Positions 9,575 through 20,004 of a DNA stretch of 64,000 nucleotides are shown here, in pieces. The stretch comes from an uncultured Candidatus Babeliaceae bacterium. Lineage in GTDB: Bacteria; Babelota; Babeliae; Babelales; Babelaceae. Position numbers and translations under genes: made by a program. The notes under the pieces are model-generated. The model saw nothing but the letters and a program-made list of their open reading frames with translations. It was not told where the DNA came from and did no database searches. The stretch covers positions 160,001-224,000 of the forward strand of contig OY969927.1 of assembly GCA_963704655.1 (NCBI GenBank), given 5' to 3'. Position 1 is the first letter of the stretch. The number at the start of each line of letters is the position of its first letter.

Positions 9575-10372
9575 TTAGTCTTTAAATAAATATTGTAAGT
9601 ATCGATCTGGGTTATCTAAAAAATCTTTAGTAATGGTATAGTGCTGAGTATCGGTATACTTAATGGTTGTTAAAGTATCTGAGTCGCATGAGTAGATAGT
9701 TGCGCCGGGGTATGCCAATAAAATAGGTGAATGGGTTGCAATAATAAATTGTGCGTGTGGATTTTTGCAAATCTCATGAATAATAATCATCAATGACAGT
9801 TGTCGCTGTGGCGACAGCGCCGCTTCAGGTTCGTCAAAGATAAAAAATCCGCCGTTGCCTAATCTATTTTTAAAAAATGCTAAAAAACTTTCGCCATGCG
9901 ATTGTTCATGGAGCGATTTGCCGCCATAGGGCGCATAGGCCAATTCTGGCTCGCCGTTTTGAGCAAGCAGGTCGATATAATTTGCGACATTAAAAAAACT
10001 TTCTGCCCTAAAAAAATAGCCATTTCCATTGCGCGGTTTATAGTTCCACGAAAGAATTAACTGGTCCGCAAAAAGTTCTGTGCCGGTGTACGTTTTTTCT
10101 TGCGATGTTTTAAAATTAATATTTTTGCTGCCGCCTTCTGCGCCAAAGCCGGCTTTGGTTGCAATTGCTTCAAGAATAGTAGATTTTCCTGTGCCGTTTT
10201 CACCAACAAAGAATGTCACTTGTGTAGGGAACTTTATCTCGTGCAAATTCTTAATAATCGGCAAGCAGAATGGGTGATTGTTAAAATTGGTTGTATCAGA
10301 AAAATTGACCCGCACTGCGTCTAAAAGTGGGCCATCTATAGTGCACGTAAGATTTTTTGAAATTCGTTTCAT
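9575..10372 (-). CDS. ABC-type AAA ATPase (COG3910-like)
   Basis: GENGTGKS, SHGESF, DEPEAALSP, ATHSPILL. Confidence 0.9.
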   Translation of the reverse strand: MKRISKNLTCTIDGPLLDAVRVNFSDTTNFNNHPFCLPIIKNLHEIKFPTQVTFFVGENGTGKSTILEAIATKAGFGAEGGSKNINFKTSQEKTYTGTELFADQLILSWNYKPRNGNGYFFRAESFFNVANYIDLLAQNGEPELAYAPYGGKSLHEQSHGESFLAFFKNRLGNGGFFIFDEPEAALSPQRQLSLMIIIHEICKNPHAQFIIATHSPILLAYPGATIYSCDSDTLTTIKYTDTQHYTITKDFLDNPDRYLQYLFKD

Positions 10373-10481
10373 ACTTCTAGTATAACACAGATATTATTAT
10401 ATATTTGTTTATCTTCTTATTCTATAAAAGCTATCATGTAATGGTTGATATAGTGTGTTCCACTTAGACCCATACACCCGA

Positions 10482-10539
10482 CCCTTCGATACACCCGTCT
10501 TCGCTCTTGCGAGCTACGTCGGGCACTCAGGGTGCACGG
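10482..10539 (+). repeat. Nested REP (A-variant containing C)
   Basis: cccttcgatacacc[cgtcttcgctcttgcgagctacgtcggg]cactcagggtgcacgg; homologous to 27556-27609 and 28586-28629. Confidence 0.8.
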
Positions 10540-10597
10540 AGGGTGGGTAATAGATTGAATTTAACTATAGTTTGAAAGATGAGAGTAGGGGTGAACA

Positions 10598-11953
10598 ATG
10601 AAAATAACTTTTTTGGGTGCTGTAGAAGAAGTAACCGGGTCAAAATATCTTATCGAGCACACGGATGTAAAAATTTTAGTTGATTGCGGCCTTTTTCAAG
10701 GGGGTAAAGCAATCACTCAACGTAACTGGGACCCATTTCCCCTAGACGCATCAAGCATTGAGGCTATCGTTTTAACTCATGCTCATCTTGATCACACCGG
10801 GTATATCCCCGTATTAATAAAAAATGGCTTTAAGGGCAAAATATATTGTTCAAAAGCAACATATGCCATGTCTGCTATCGTGCTAGAAGATAGCGCCTCG
10901 TTACAAGAAGAATATGCACGGCACAGCCTTGAACATGCCGATCCGGAACATCCGGCCATGCCGCCCCTGTATACCATAGATGAAGCGCAGAACGCATTAA
11001 AATTTTTTCATATCATTGATTACGATACCGTTGTGAATATCAAATCTTTACAGATTACGTTGATCAGGTGCGGCCATATTCTTGGTGCCTCGTTTGTTAC
11101 GGTATTTGATGGTAACCAAAAATTAACTTTTTCAGGTGATCTTGGCCGCCCCCATCCGCTTATCATGAAATCACCTTCGCATCTAAAAGAAACTGATTAT
11201 TTAGTTCTTGAATCAACGTATGGCAATAGGCTCCATGAAGATAGTGACCCTATACAAGCTTTAGGTGAAGCGATTAATCACGCTGTCAAAAAAGGTGGCG
11301 TTATTATAATACCTTCTTTTGCAATAGGGCGCACACAAACGATTCTTTACTGTTTGTACCAATTAAAACACAACCGCATTATTCCGGATATTCCTATCTT
11401 TTTAGATAGCCCGATGGGGATACATGTTACCGATTTATTTTGTAAGTTCATCGATGAGCATACATTACCAGCATCGGTATGTAAGGATGTTTTTGATATC
11501 GCAACTTATACCAGTACCCCAGAAGAATCAAAGCAGCTTGATCATCTTGAACACCCGGCAATTATTATTGCTGGCAGCGGCATGGCAGATGGCGGCCGTG
11601 TGATCTATCATTTACAACATTATATCTCTGATGAAAAGAATACGGTAATTTTTGTGGGCTTCCAAGCAAAAGGGACAAAAGGACGAATCTTGGTTGATGG
11701 GGCAAAAGAGATACGAATATACGGTAAGTTCTATACCGTTTCAGCCGATATCAAATCTATCAAAAACTTTTCGGCGCATGCAGATTATAATGAGATTTTA
11801 GAATGGTTAAGTTATTTTGAAAAGGCCCCTAAAAAGGTGTTTCTTACCCATGGCGAACTAGAGTCCGCTCAGGCATTAAAAGAGAAAATCGAACAGCGCT
11901 TTGGTTGGTCCGTAGTGGTTCCAAAGTATTTAGAATCCTATGATTTAGATTAG
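10598..11953 (+). CDS. MBL-fold beta-CASP RNA-metabolising hydrolase
   Basis: EVTGS, THAHLDH, GHILG, SGDLG, ESTYG, FSAHAD, THGE. Confidence 0.93.
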   Translation: MKITFLGAVEEVTGSKYLIEHTDVKILVDCGLFQGGKAITQRNWDPFPLDASSIEAIVLTHAHLDHTGYIPVLIKNGFKGKIYCSKATYAMSAIVLEDSASLQEEYARHSLEHADPEHPAMPPLYTIDEAQNALKFFHIIDYDTVVNIKSLQITLIRCGHILGASFVTVFDGNQKLTFSGDLGRPHPLIMKSPSHLKETDYLVLESTYGNRLHEDSDPIQALGEAINHAVKKGGVIIIPSFAIGRTQTILYCLYQLKHNRIIPDIPIFLDSPMGIHVTDLFCKFIDEHTLPASVCKDVFDIATYTSTPEESKQLDHLEHPAIIIAGSGMADGGRVIYHLQHYISDEKNTVIFVGFQAKGTKGRILVDGAKEIRIYGKFYTVSADIKSIKNFSAHADYNEILEWLSYFEKAPKKVFLTHGELESAQALKEKIEQRFGWSVVVPKYLESYDLD

Positions 11954-11976
11954 TTTATTTTTTTTAAGGAAGTCCT

Positions 11977-13434
11977 ATGAAACACTATGTAGCATTATTA
12001 AAATCTGTCTTTATAAGTATTTATTTTTTCACAGCAATGTTACATGCTTATGGCCCGGGAAACACAACATCGTTTTCGCCTCAGTTAACGAATGGTATTG
12101 AAGGCTCGCAGTCTTCTGCGTATAATCAACAAAATAATGAATATCTTTTTTCATGGCTGAGTGGCACGAGTCAGATATACTATGTCATTTGTGATGATAC
12201 TGGAGCGCAAGTAACAAGTCAGAGTAACTTTTCTGGATCAAGCTCAAGCTCACCAAGCGTTGCATATAATAGTGTAAACAACCACTATCTTATTACGTGG
12301 ATAGCAAGTTCGCCCTCGTTTGGCATAGTAGATGATGCAGGTAATATTATTGTTGCGCCGACTTCAATCTTTATATCGCCAGGTCTACTTCTTAATGGTA
12401 ATACTTTTTGCTGTTACAATAGTGTGAATAATCAATACTGTATCACCTGGACAGCCCAAGATACTGTTTCTTCGATAAGCTCAACCTATTTTGCAATCGT
12501 AAATGCAGATGGAACTATCGCACAAGGTGAAACAGCCATTCCTGCGGTAAGTGGGCAGGTAACTTCAGATTTTACTGATTCATTTGTTACGTATAACTCA
12601 CAAGATAATCAGTATTTGTTCACCTGGGTGAGTCTGCAGGTGGCACCTGGCATAGGTAATACGGCTTTTGCTATTTATGATGCAGATGGCGCTCAGGCTA
12701 TTGCGGCAACAGTTATCCCGCAAACCGATTCTTTTGTTACGTCATCTTATCCAATATTTACCTGTTATAATAGCATCAATAATCAATATTTTTTCACGTG
12801 GTGTGCTTACAATGGCTCAATCACTGCGGTTTTTGCGATTTATAGTAAATCTGGAGTTGAACTTGTACCACCGACTGAGATAGCAAGCTTTTCCTCATTT
12901 GTAATTCCTATTTGCTCTTATAATGTAAGAAATAATCAATATTTCATCAGTTTGAATAACAATAATACGCAAGCAGTTTGTTGGATTTTTGATTCAAACG
13001 GAAATGTTATTTCCTCAGATATCCAACTTCCGCTTTTGCTAGGAAATGCGCCTGTCGGTTTTGTTTTTAATTCATTTAATCCACAAGACGACCAATATTT
13101 TATCACGTGGTATTCTTCTGGTGGCACTTGTGCATATTTTAATATTTTCACCGCATCACCGCTTCCGGCGGCGCCTACCAATCTGCAAGGAACCAATGGT
13201 ACCAATAAATTTCTTACTTTCGTGGATTATATTACTCAGTTAACATGGGTTTCAAGTACTTCAACCAACATCGCTTCTTACAACGTTTATCGTAACGGAA
13301 GTTTGATAGCCACACTTCCGGCATATGCAACTTCTTACATAGCTCATAATAAACCGCCTACGCTCACAACCTATTCTGTTCAGGCTGTGAGTACTTCTGG
13401 TGATGCGAGCATTCCGGCAAGTATTACACTGTAA
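11977..13434 (+). CDS. Exported repeat (beta-propeller-like) protein with C-terminal Fn3-like domain
   Basis: Signal peptide; about 7 repeats of YNxxNNQY..TW; 'APTNL..LTW..YNVYRNG..YSVQAV'. Confidence 0.75.
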   Translation: MKHYVALLKSVFISIYFFTAMLHAYGPGNTTSFSPQLTNGIEGSQSSAYNQQNNEYLFSWLSGTSQIYYVICDDTGAQVTSQSNFSGSSSSSPSVAYNSVNNHYLITWIASSPSFGIVDDAGNIIVAPTSIFISPGLLLNGNTFCCYNSVNNQYCITWTAQDTVSSISSTYFAIVNADGTIAQGETAIPAVSGQVTSDFTDSFVTYNSQDNQYLFTWVSLQVAPGIGNTAFAIYDADGAQAIAATVIPQTDSFVTSSYPIFTCYNSINNQYFFTWCAYNGSITAVFAIYSKSGVELVPPTEIASFSSFVIPICSYNVRNNQYFISLNNNNTQAVCWIFDSNGNVISSDIQLPLLLGNAPVGFVFNSFNPQDDQYFITWYSSGGTCAYFNIFTASPLPAAPTNLQGTNGTNKFLTFVDYITQLTWVSSTSTNIASYNVYRNGSLIATLPAYATSYIAHNKPPTLTTYSVQAVSTSGDASIPASITL

Positions 13435-13574
13435 TTAATTTTTGTTGCATGTATTGTTTTTATGTGTCAAAATGCCGTCCCAATCGATTAATACAGTGCT
13501 CGATCGACGAATCATGTCTATTATAGTATACTAGTAAAAAAAATAGAGCATTTTTCACATCGAAAGGGACAACC

Positions 13575-14279
13575 ATGTTCACCATAGATACAACTCTTTC
13601 ACAATCAGTTGGCCGCTTTATGCATAAAGTGTATGCATGGATGTTTGCCGGGCTGTTTGTTACTGCAGCAACTTCATATCTTATGCTGTCAAATCCTGCG
13701 TTATTAATGTATATTCTCACATCTACTTTTGCGTTTTATGCGTTATTTGCAGCGCAATTGGGCCTGGTGGTGTACTTAAGCGCATGTATTAATACCATGA
13801 GTTACCGTGCTGCGATCATTGCGTTTTTAGCATATTCCCTATTAGTTGGTATTACTGTATCGCCGATTTTCTTGGTGTATACCATGACCTCCATTACCTT
13901 AACATTTGCCACTGCGGCATGCATGTTTGGTGCCATGGCAATCTATGGTTACTATACCGATACCGATTTAACGCGATTTGGAAACCTTTTATTAATGGCG
14001 CTGTTTGGCATTATTATTGCCGGCTTTGCAAATTGGTATTTTGCAAGCAGCATGCTTGATTTTGCTATCTCAGTACTTGGCGTACTGTTATTTACGGCAC
14101 TTACTGCGTATGATGTGCAAAAAATTAAGCTCCTTGCCCAAACTATCGATTATGATAGTTATGAAGAACAGGTTGCCATGAGTAATAAGATTGCCATTAT
14201 CGGCGCATTGCAATTGTATTTAGATTTTCTTAATCTATTTCTCCATTTGCTTAAGCTTATGGGCAAAAAACGTAAATAG
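13575..14279 (+). CDS. Bax inhibitor-1/YccA family membrane protein
   Basis: FMHKVYAWM, 7 TM, TAYDVQKIK, ALQLYLDFLNLF. Confidence 0.93.
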   Translation: MFTIDTTLSQSVGRFMHKVYAWMFAGLFVTAATSYLMLSNPALLMYILTSTFAFYALFAAQLGLVVYLSACINTMSYRAAIIAFLAYSLLVGITVSPIFLVYTMTSITLTFATAACMFGAMAIYGYYTDTDLTRFGNLLLMALFGIIIAGFANWYFASSMLDFAISVLGVLLFTALTAYDVQKIKLLAQTIDYDSYEEQVAMSNKIAIIGALQLYLDFLNLFLHLLKLMGKKRK

Positions 14280-14308
14280 TATAATTTTTTTATTGTGAAA
14301 GATTTTTT

Positions 14309-14827
14309 ATGAAACAGTTAAAATTATTAGTAATGCTTGCATTATGCAGTTCACCTATCGTGGCTTTAAAGAAAAATGAGTCTGTTTCTCCTGAGCAGAT
14401 GATAATGCTTATGGATAAAGCGCTTGCAGAAAAAAAATTCAAGCTTGCGGCACAATGGAGAGCCCGTTTTACTATTGTAGTTGGCCTAGCTGCAGTATGT
14501 AGCAATGACCCATCTGATGCAGCAGCTATGGATATGTTGACTATTCGTGAGTGGAGTGGGATGCTTCAGGAAATGGCACAAAATGTGTCCCCGCAAGAAT
14601 ATAGAGATATCTTTGTAGAACAGCTTGCTGAAGTTGAGCAAGAATTTCTTGACAATAAATTGACAGACCCTAAATGGATTGCCGCCTATGGCATGAGCGC
14701 ATTTTTGGGCGAATCCGCGAGCGGTAAACATTTTGTTTCAGCAATAGAATGTTATAACAAGCGTAAAGAGTTTATAGAAGAATTTAAAAAAGCAGTGAAA
14801 AATCAACCGGCTGAAAATAAAAATTAA
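14309..14827 (+). CDS. Hypothetical exported protein
   Basis: Signal peptide, 172 aa, followed by terminator. Confidence 0.75.
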   Translation: MKQLKLLVMLALCSSPIVALKKNESVSPEQMIMLMDKALAEKKFKLAAQWRARFTIVVGLAAVCSNDPSDAAAMDMLTIREWSGMLQEMAQNVSPQEYRDIFVEQLAEVEQEFLDNKLTDPKWIAAYGMSAFLGESASGKHFVSAIECYNKRKEFIEEFKKAVKNQPAENKN

Positions 14828-14863
14828 TACATCTTTGTATGTATTTATCTGAGTAACGTATAA

Positions 14864-14895
14864 AGGGCCTAGAGAATATCTAGGCCCTCTTTTTT
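14864..14895 (+). terminator. Rho-independent terminator
   Basis: agggcctaga...tctaggccct followed by T-run. Confidence 0.8.
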
Positions 14896-15059
14896 AATGG
14901 TGGGTCTTTACATTTATGAATACATTAAGGCGAACAATCACGTTTGCAAAAAAAACTTTTTGAGTTAATCTTTAATTTGTTTTTATAAACAGTAACATAT
15001 AAAGGCTTTTTTCGCATGATATTCAGTAAAAAGAAAAGTATATTCTTGGTAGTACCATT

Positions 15060-16364
15060 ATGATGCAAAAATGTTTTGATATCACCGTGATAGGTGCCGG
15101 TATGTTTGGTTCTGCTGCTGCCAAATACCTCAGCATGGCCCATGAAAATGTTGCATTAATCGGTCCTGATGAACCAATGAGTCAACTCATCGCATCCAGC
15201 CAAGAATCCTTTGGCGCGTATTATGATCAAGCAAGAATAACCAGACGCGTAGGTTGGGATGAAATATGGGCTGCAACAGATTCAAGGTCTCTCAACAGAT
15301 TTGCCAGCATCGAACAAGAATCAGGAATTCCTTTCTTTTATGAGTGCGGCTCTCTTATATTGTTAGCCAAAACAATTGCTAGCCGTACTGATTCGATGGT
15401 AGCGCAATGCACAGCTACAGATATCACCGTCGAAAGAATGACGTCTGAATCCATTAAAAATCATTGGCCCTATCTTAACATTCCACAATTATCCGGAGGG
15501 GTAGATGGTTTGTTTGAAGGGCAGATGGCCGGCTATCTAAATCCTCGAAAATTAGTATCTGCACAATTAACCCTTTTTGAGCGTAGGGGTGGAACTCTTA
15601 TAAGAGGCTCAGTTACAGGGGTTGAAAAAGATACATCATCTTCGTTATGGCAGATATATACAACACAGAATGGCCAGTCAAGGAAAATATATACAAAAAA
15701 AGTATTGATTGCAGCTGGTGCGTTCATAAACCATAATAATATTTTACCTTACGGGTATAAACTTAAACTGAATGCGTTCTCCGAACCAAACCTTCTTTTT
15801 GAAATTGCAGACAAAGATCTCGAGAACCTACAAAAAATGCCTACTATTATCTCTGTCGATCCAGAGGATACCGGTAATAACAATATGTCTATATACTTAC
15901 TCCCGCCAATAAAATATCCAGATGGCAAATGGTATATGCGAATTGGACCAGGGATGCAGCCTATCATAAAAGAACTTGATACCCTGCAAGAGATGAGAGA
16001 ATGGTATATACAACAAAAAATTACTCTAGAACAACGTAATTTTTTACTGAAGATGCAACAAATATTTGTGCCCGATATTAAGTTCAAATCGATTCGCGAG
16101 GCGTCTTGTATCATTGAAAAAACACCATCTCATTATCCCTACATTGGGCAGGTAAATGAGGATGAAAGTTTGAATATAGTTGCAGGTGGAAATGGTCATG
16201 GTGCACGCGGGTCAGATGAAATAGGGCGATTAGCTGCAAATATTGTGCTTGGTAACCAGTGGGATTTTCCCGTGAATCAGAGCGCTTTTACACCTATTTT
16301 GGAATGTCACAATCAAGAAAATAAAACTAAAATGCGATTCAAACCACCTTTTGGGCTTTGCTAA
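15060..16364 (+). CDS. FAD-dependent oxidoreductase, sarcosine-oxidase/DAO-like
   Basis: VIGAGMFGSAAAKYL, DQARITR, AGYLNPR, GGNGHGARGSDEIG. Confidence 0.85.
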   Translation: MMQKCFDITVIGAGMFGSAAAKYLSMAHENVALIGPDEPMSQLIASSQESFGAYYDQARITRRVGWDEIWAATDSRSLNRFASIEQESGIPFFYECGSLILLAKTIASRTDSMVAQCTATDITVERMTSESIKNHWPYLNIPQLSGGVDGLFEGQMAGYLNPRKLVSAQLTLFERRGGTLIRGSVTGVEKDTSSSLWQIYTTQNGQSRKIYTKKVLIAAGAFINHNNILPYGYKLKLNAFSEPNLLFEIADKDLENLQKMPTIISVDPEDTGNNNMSIYLLPPIKYPDGKWYMRIGPGMQPIIKELDTLQEMREWYIQQKITLEQRNFLLKMQQIFVPDIKFKSIREASCIIEKTPSHYPYIGQVNEDESLNIVAGGNGHGARGSDEIGRLAANIVLGNQWDFPVNQSAFTPILECHNQENKTKMRFKPPFGLC

Positions 16365-17743
16365 AAAATACAGGAATCAAGTTGGCAAAAAAAATATCCA
16401 CTCCACAAAAAGTTACATTAGCTGATTTAAAAATATTTAAACATCACCTAGAAATTATGCATCAGGTTGATGATTCTATGTTTCAAACTAAGGTATTTTA
16501 TAATGATGTTGATTTATTCACATTAAGCGAGCGTTTTGACAAAAACATGCTTGATAAAATCTATGCTCATATCGCAGTTGCTGAAACATTTAAATATTGT
16601 TCGTTATTTCCTGTCGCGATTGATTTCAGCATTATTTCTGAACATATCACCCGTGAAACCTTAGAATTTTTCTTATATGTATTTCAGAATGCATATGCCC
16701 AATGCAGATATGAAAATGGTATCGGAAATGAATATAGGCCAATTTTTATCTGTGAAAATAAACCGCATGCGGTTGCACCTGCTTTTTATGCACCAGATGA
16801 AACAATTTTAGTGGGTAATGGTGGAGGCAAGGATAGCTTTCTTGCTATGAAATTATTAGAAAAGGCTAATATCAGTTACTCAACGTTTCAATGGACAAGA
16901 TCTGAATATGGTCGGTCGCAGTATCAACATGAACTTTGTTCTAAGTTGCTACAACATGCTCCCCCCGTAAAAAGCCATAAGGTATCTGTGTATGATGATT
17001 TTACTGAGAGCCCATTTATTAAACTCTATTACCCACATTTAAAAGGCGCGTTTACCTTAGGTATTCCTGAATGCATCTTTGAAGCATTACCTATCATGCT
17101 ATTTAATAATTATCCTAGTTTATGTTTTGCAAATGAAAAAAGCTCTGATACCGGAAATTTATATTGGGATGAGATCCAGGGTGAAGTAAATCATCAATGG
17201 GTAAAAAGTTTAGAAGCAGAATTATTTTTCCAAAAATATATTAGCTCATATTTGGTACAGGATTTTAGTTTTTTTAGCATCTTAAAGCCGATATATGATT
17301 ACAGAATTTTTAAGAATATTGCCCATTACCCAGCATTTATTAAAAATTCTCATTCATGTAATGTAGATAAACCCTGGTGTAAAAAATGTGCAAAATGTGC
17401 ATATGTTTGGCTTGGCTATCTTGCACACTTTGATAAACAGTTAGTGGATCAAATTTTTGGAATAAATCCTTTTGATGATGAGGATCTTATTATTCATTAT
17501 AAAAATATGACAGGCATAGATGGTCACCGTTCTTTTGAATGCATAGGCAATATAGATGAATGTCAGTTATTCATGAAAAAATGTATTGAAAAGGGCCTTC
17601 AAGGAAAGATGCTTGATATTTTTAAGAAAGAGATATTGGAAAAAGATAAAAATTGGATCTTAACTGAAGAAAAATTTGATCAGATCTACACGGAAAATAA
17701 TATCCCCGGTACCGTATTTGAAAAAATTAAACTTTTTATTTAA
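16358..17743 (+). CDS. MurL-like epimerase (N-type ATP-pyrophosphatase fold)
   Basis: GGGKDS, ANEKSS, VNHQWVKS, FSILKP, SCN...WCKKCAKCAYV, FECIG resemble UDP-MurNAc-L-Ala-L-Glu epimerase MurL; start uncertain. Confidence 0.65.
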   Translation: MLKNTGIKLAKKISTPQKVTLADLKIFKHHLEIMHQVDDSMFQTKVFYNDVDLFTLSERFDKNMLDKIYAHIAVAETFKYCSLFPVAIDFSIISEHITRETLEFFLYVFQNAYAQCRYENGIGNEYRPIFICENKPHAVAPAFYAPDETILVGNGGGKDSFLAMKLLEKANISYSTFQWTRSEYGRSQYQHELCSKLLQHAPPVKSHKVSVYDDFTESPFIKLYYPHLKGAFTLGIPECIFEALPIMLFNNYPSLCFANEKSSDTGNLYWDEIQGEVNHQWVKSLEAELFFQKYISSYLVQDFSFFSILKPIYDYRIFKNIAHYPAFIKNSHSCNVDKPWCKKCAKCAYVWLGYLAHFDKQLVDQIFGINPFDDEDLIIHYKNMTGIDGHRSFECIGNIDECQLFMKKCIEKGLQGKMLDIFKKEILEKDKNWILTEEKFDQIYTENNIPGTVFEKIKLFI

Positions 17744-17868
17744 ACGGGATGTTTCCAAATGTTAACTCTTGCTTGAAATATTGTATTTGTTACTCTTTAT
17801 AAAAGCTTCATGTGAAAATAAAAACGATAACATGAGCACATGTATCACATCAACTTGAGAGGTTCTCT

Positions 17869-19545
17869 ATGACTTTTTTGAAGAATAAAAGTATGTTTTT
17901 AGCGCTTGCGCTTATCATAACTTTTTCTCATACCATTTTCTGTCGCGTTGATAATAATATTGCGGGCCAGCCACAAGAATTAATTATTGTCGGCGGGGGA
18001 ATAGTTGGCGGAATCGAGGCCTATAATGCCCATCTTGATGCAAAGAAAAACAACCAACCGCTGCATATAACCGTATATGAAAAGAATGATTCAATTTCAC
18101 AAACAACCGTGAGCAATCTTGTTCCAAGTTTAACTTGTGATGAAATCTTATCAGTTGTTCCTCGTGGGCAGGAACTGGTAAAAAAATTAGAAGTTCCCTT
18201 TAATAAACCGGGCGGAATCCGTGTTGATGATGTAGCGGGAATCCATGGAACCGATACAACTGAACAGTTTAAGCAAGAAGTACAAAACTACAGCCTTGAT
18301 GAAGAAGGGCATGCACAACGCACACAAGATCTTTTAGCTCTTGGTAAAATGAGCATGGACATGTGGCAAGATATCTACAACAATGCCGATGCTGAGTTTA
18401 AAGGCATATTAGATTCATCAAACTTTAATGCATGCCGTGAACCATTACAAAGTGGAAGCAAAGTATTGCGTGACGGTTACCGAATCGATTTAATTTACAA
18501 TGTACCAAATGCACAACAACGTGCTGAGGGCATGATCAGTGATTACAATGCATTAGGATATAAACATTGCACGATTTTAACACCTGCAGAAGTAATTGCA
18601 ATCGATCCATTTCTTAAAGATTTCTGTGAAAAACATTCTGTAGATAATGTATGGAACAATGACACAGTTGCTCTCTGGCGCCCAGGTGGCTGCATAGATG
18701 CGCAGGTATTCCTTCCAAAACTTTATGAATATCTTAAAAAAGTTATGGGTGACCGCTTTCAGATTAATTATGGCAAAAAAGTAACTGCAATCGGTTTTGC
18801 AAAAGATGCTGCTGGAAAAACAGTAATTGCCGGTCTGAAATTTGAAGATGGTCAAATTCTTACAAAAGATGCTGCTCTGTGTCAATTTGTGTTCTGTCCT
18901 GGTGAAGCAGTGGGAACACTTAAAAAACTCGGTCTTTGCGAACCGGCATATGCAGGTTTTGCAGGTGTATCGTTGATGCTTGATATCGAAATTCCACAAG
19001 ACAAATTAAAAGAGTATGCAAAATTCAACCATTGTATGGAAGTTCACCAAGAGGGTGTTGTTCTTGCATGGCAAGCACGCTTTAGAAATAACAAAATCTT
19101 TATCGGTGTTGCGGGAACAAAATCGTTCTATAGCGATCAGCAGCCAACTAAAGATCAGGAGTTTGCAAGAAACAGAAACCTCTTACAACTCAATATGGTT
19201 AACGATGTTCTTCCAGAATTTATTTCGTTAGCGTTGAAATATGACACTAAAGGCAAAACGTTAACAGAAAAAGATTTAAACTACTTAGAAGAACAGAAAA
19301 TCGCAAAACGCTGGGCCGGTGTCCGTGCAGTTGTATATGACGGGTTCCCAACAGTTGGGTTTGTCTATAAAGACGATTCAAAAGTAGAAAACGCACGTTG
19401 CACAACTCACTTGGGTTCAGGCGGCGGTTCATTCTCGCCTGCAACGGTTGTTATGAGTCGTAATGCAATGAACAAAGAGCAGGATGCATTTACCAAACGC
19501 ATCTTAAAATATGGCAACTCTGCCCGTACATCAAGATCTGTATAA
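17869..19545 (+). CDS. Exported FAD-dependent oxidoreductase (D-amino-acid oxidase/dehydrogenase-like)
   Basis: Signal peptide, IIVGGGIVG..VYEK, WAGVR...DGFPTVG, HLGSGG. Confidence 0.8.
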   Translation: MTFLKNKSMFLALALIITFSHTIFCRVDNNIAGQPQELIIVGGGIVGGIEAYNAHLDAKKNNQPLHITVYEKNDSISQTTVSNLVPSLTCDEILSVVPRGQELVKKLEVPFNKPGGIRVDDVAGIHGTDTTEQFKQEVQNYSLDEEGHAQRTQDLLALGKMSMDMWQDIYNNADAEFKGILDSSNFNACREPLQSGSKVLRDGYRIDLIYNVPNAQQRAEGMISDYNALGYKHCTILTPAEVIAIDPFLKDFCEKHSVDNVWNNDTVALWRPGGCIDAQVFLPKLYEYLKKVMGDRFQINYGKKVTAIGFAKDAAGKTVIAGLKFEDGQILTKDAALCQFVFCPGEAVGTLKKLGLCEPAYAGFAGVSLMLDIEIPQDKLKEYAKFNHCMEVHQEGVVLAWQARFRNNKIFIGVAGTKSFYSDQQPTKDQEFARNRNLLQLNMVNDVLPEFISLALKYDTKGKTLTEKDLNYLEEQKIAKRWAGVRAVVYDGFPTVGFVYKDDSKVENARCTTHLGSGGGSFSPATVVMSRNAMNKEQDAFTKRILKYGNSARTSRSV

Positions 19546-19568
19546 GTAATTTTGTTATAAAAAGACAG

Positions 19569-19602
19569 AAAAAAGCCTCTAGTTAATTCTAGAGGCTTTT
19601 TT
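19569..19602 (+). terminator. Rho-independent terminator (bidirectional)
   Basis: aaaaaagcctctag...ctagaggctttttt. Confidence 0.85.
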
Positions 19603-19683
19603 AATTTAAAAATTATTTAATTTAACATGTTTCACACCCATGTAGCATATGACGAGCTATGCTTTCGGGCTTACATCACCACC

Positions 19684-19715
19684 GTGTCATTCCGGGCTTG
19701 AACCGGAATCCATCT
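19684..19715 (+). repeat. REP-like element, family B
   Basis: gtgtcattccgggcttgaaccggaatccatct; compare 49651-49682. Confidence 0.8.
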
Positions 19716-19731
19716 ATTAAAATATAATCTA

Positions 19732-20004
19732 TTAAATAGTTGGTACGTGTAGCCCGAAAAATACCGGTGCTTGTAGCGAGAAAAAACTGTTGTTTTTCAA
19801 AGTTACTTCAATATCCAAATACTCTGGAGTGATAAAAGATTGTGTTTTGCCTTCGGCATCTTTTGGTGAATCAACTTCTGCAAAGAGTATTTTTTCTATT
19901 TTTTCATGTGGCTGAATAACTATAGAAGTGTCACCAATGCTAAATTTTTTGATAATGGGCTCAAGTGCCTGAAGTTTAGCTAGCTTGATAATTTTTACTC
20001 TCAC
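19732..20004 (-). CDS. Small hypothetical protein
   Basis: 90 aa, start overlaps stop of the PLD gene. Confidence 0.45.
   Translation of the reverse strand: MRVKIIKLAKLQALEPIIKKFSIGDTSIVIQPHEKIEKILFAEVDSPKDAEGKTQSFITPEYLDIEVTLKNNSFFSLQAPVFFGLHVPTI

Noticed and set aside
9575-11953. ATPase plus MBL nuclease as a defence system
   Set aside because: Divergently transcribed common stand-alone families with no partner genes
13575-14279. BI-1 as an anti-apoptotic host effector
   Set aside because: Ordinary bacterial YccA-type membrane protein with no export leader
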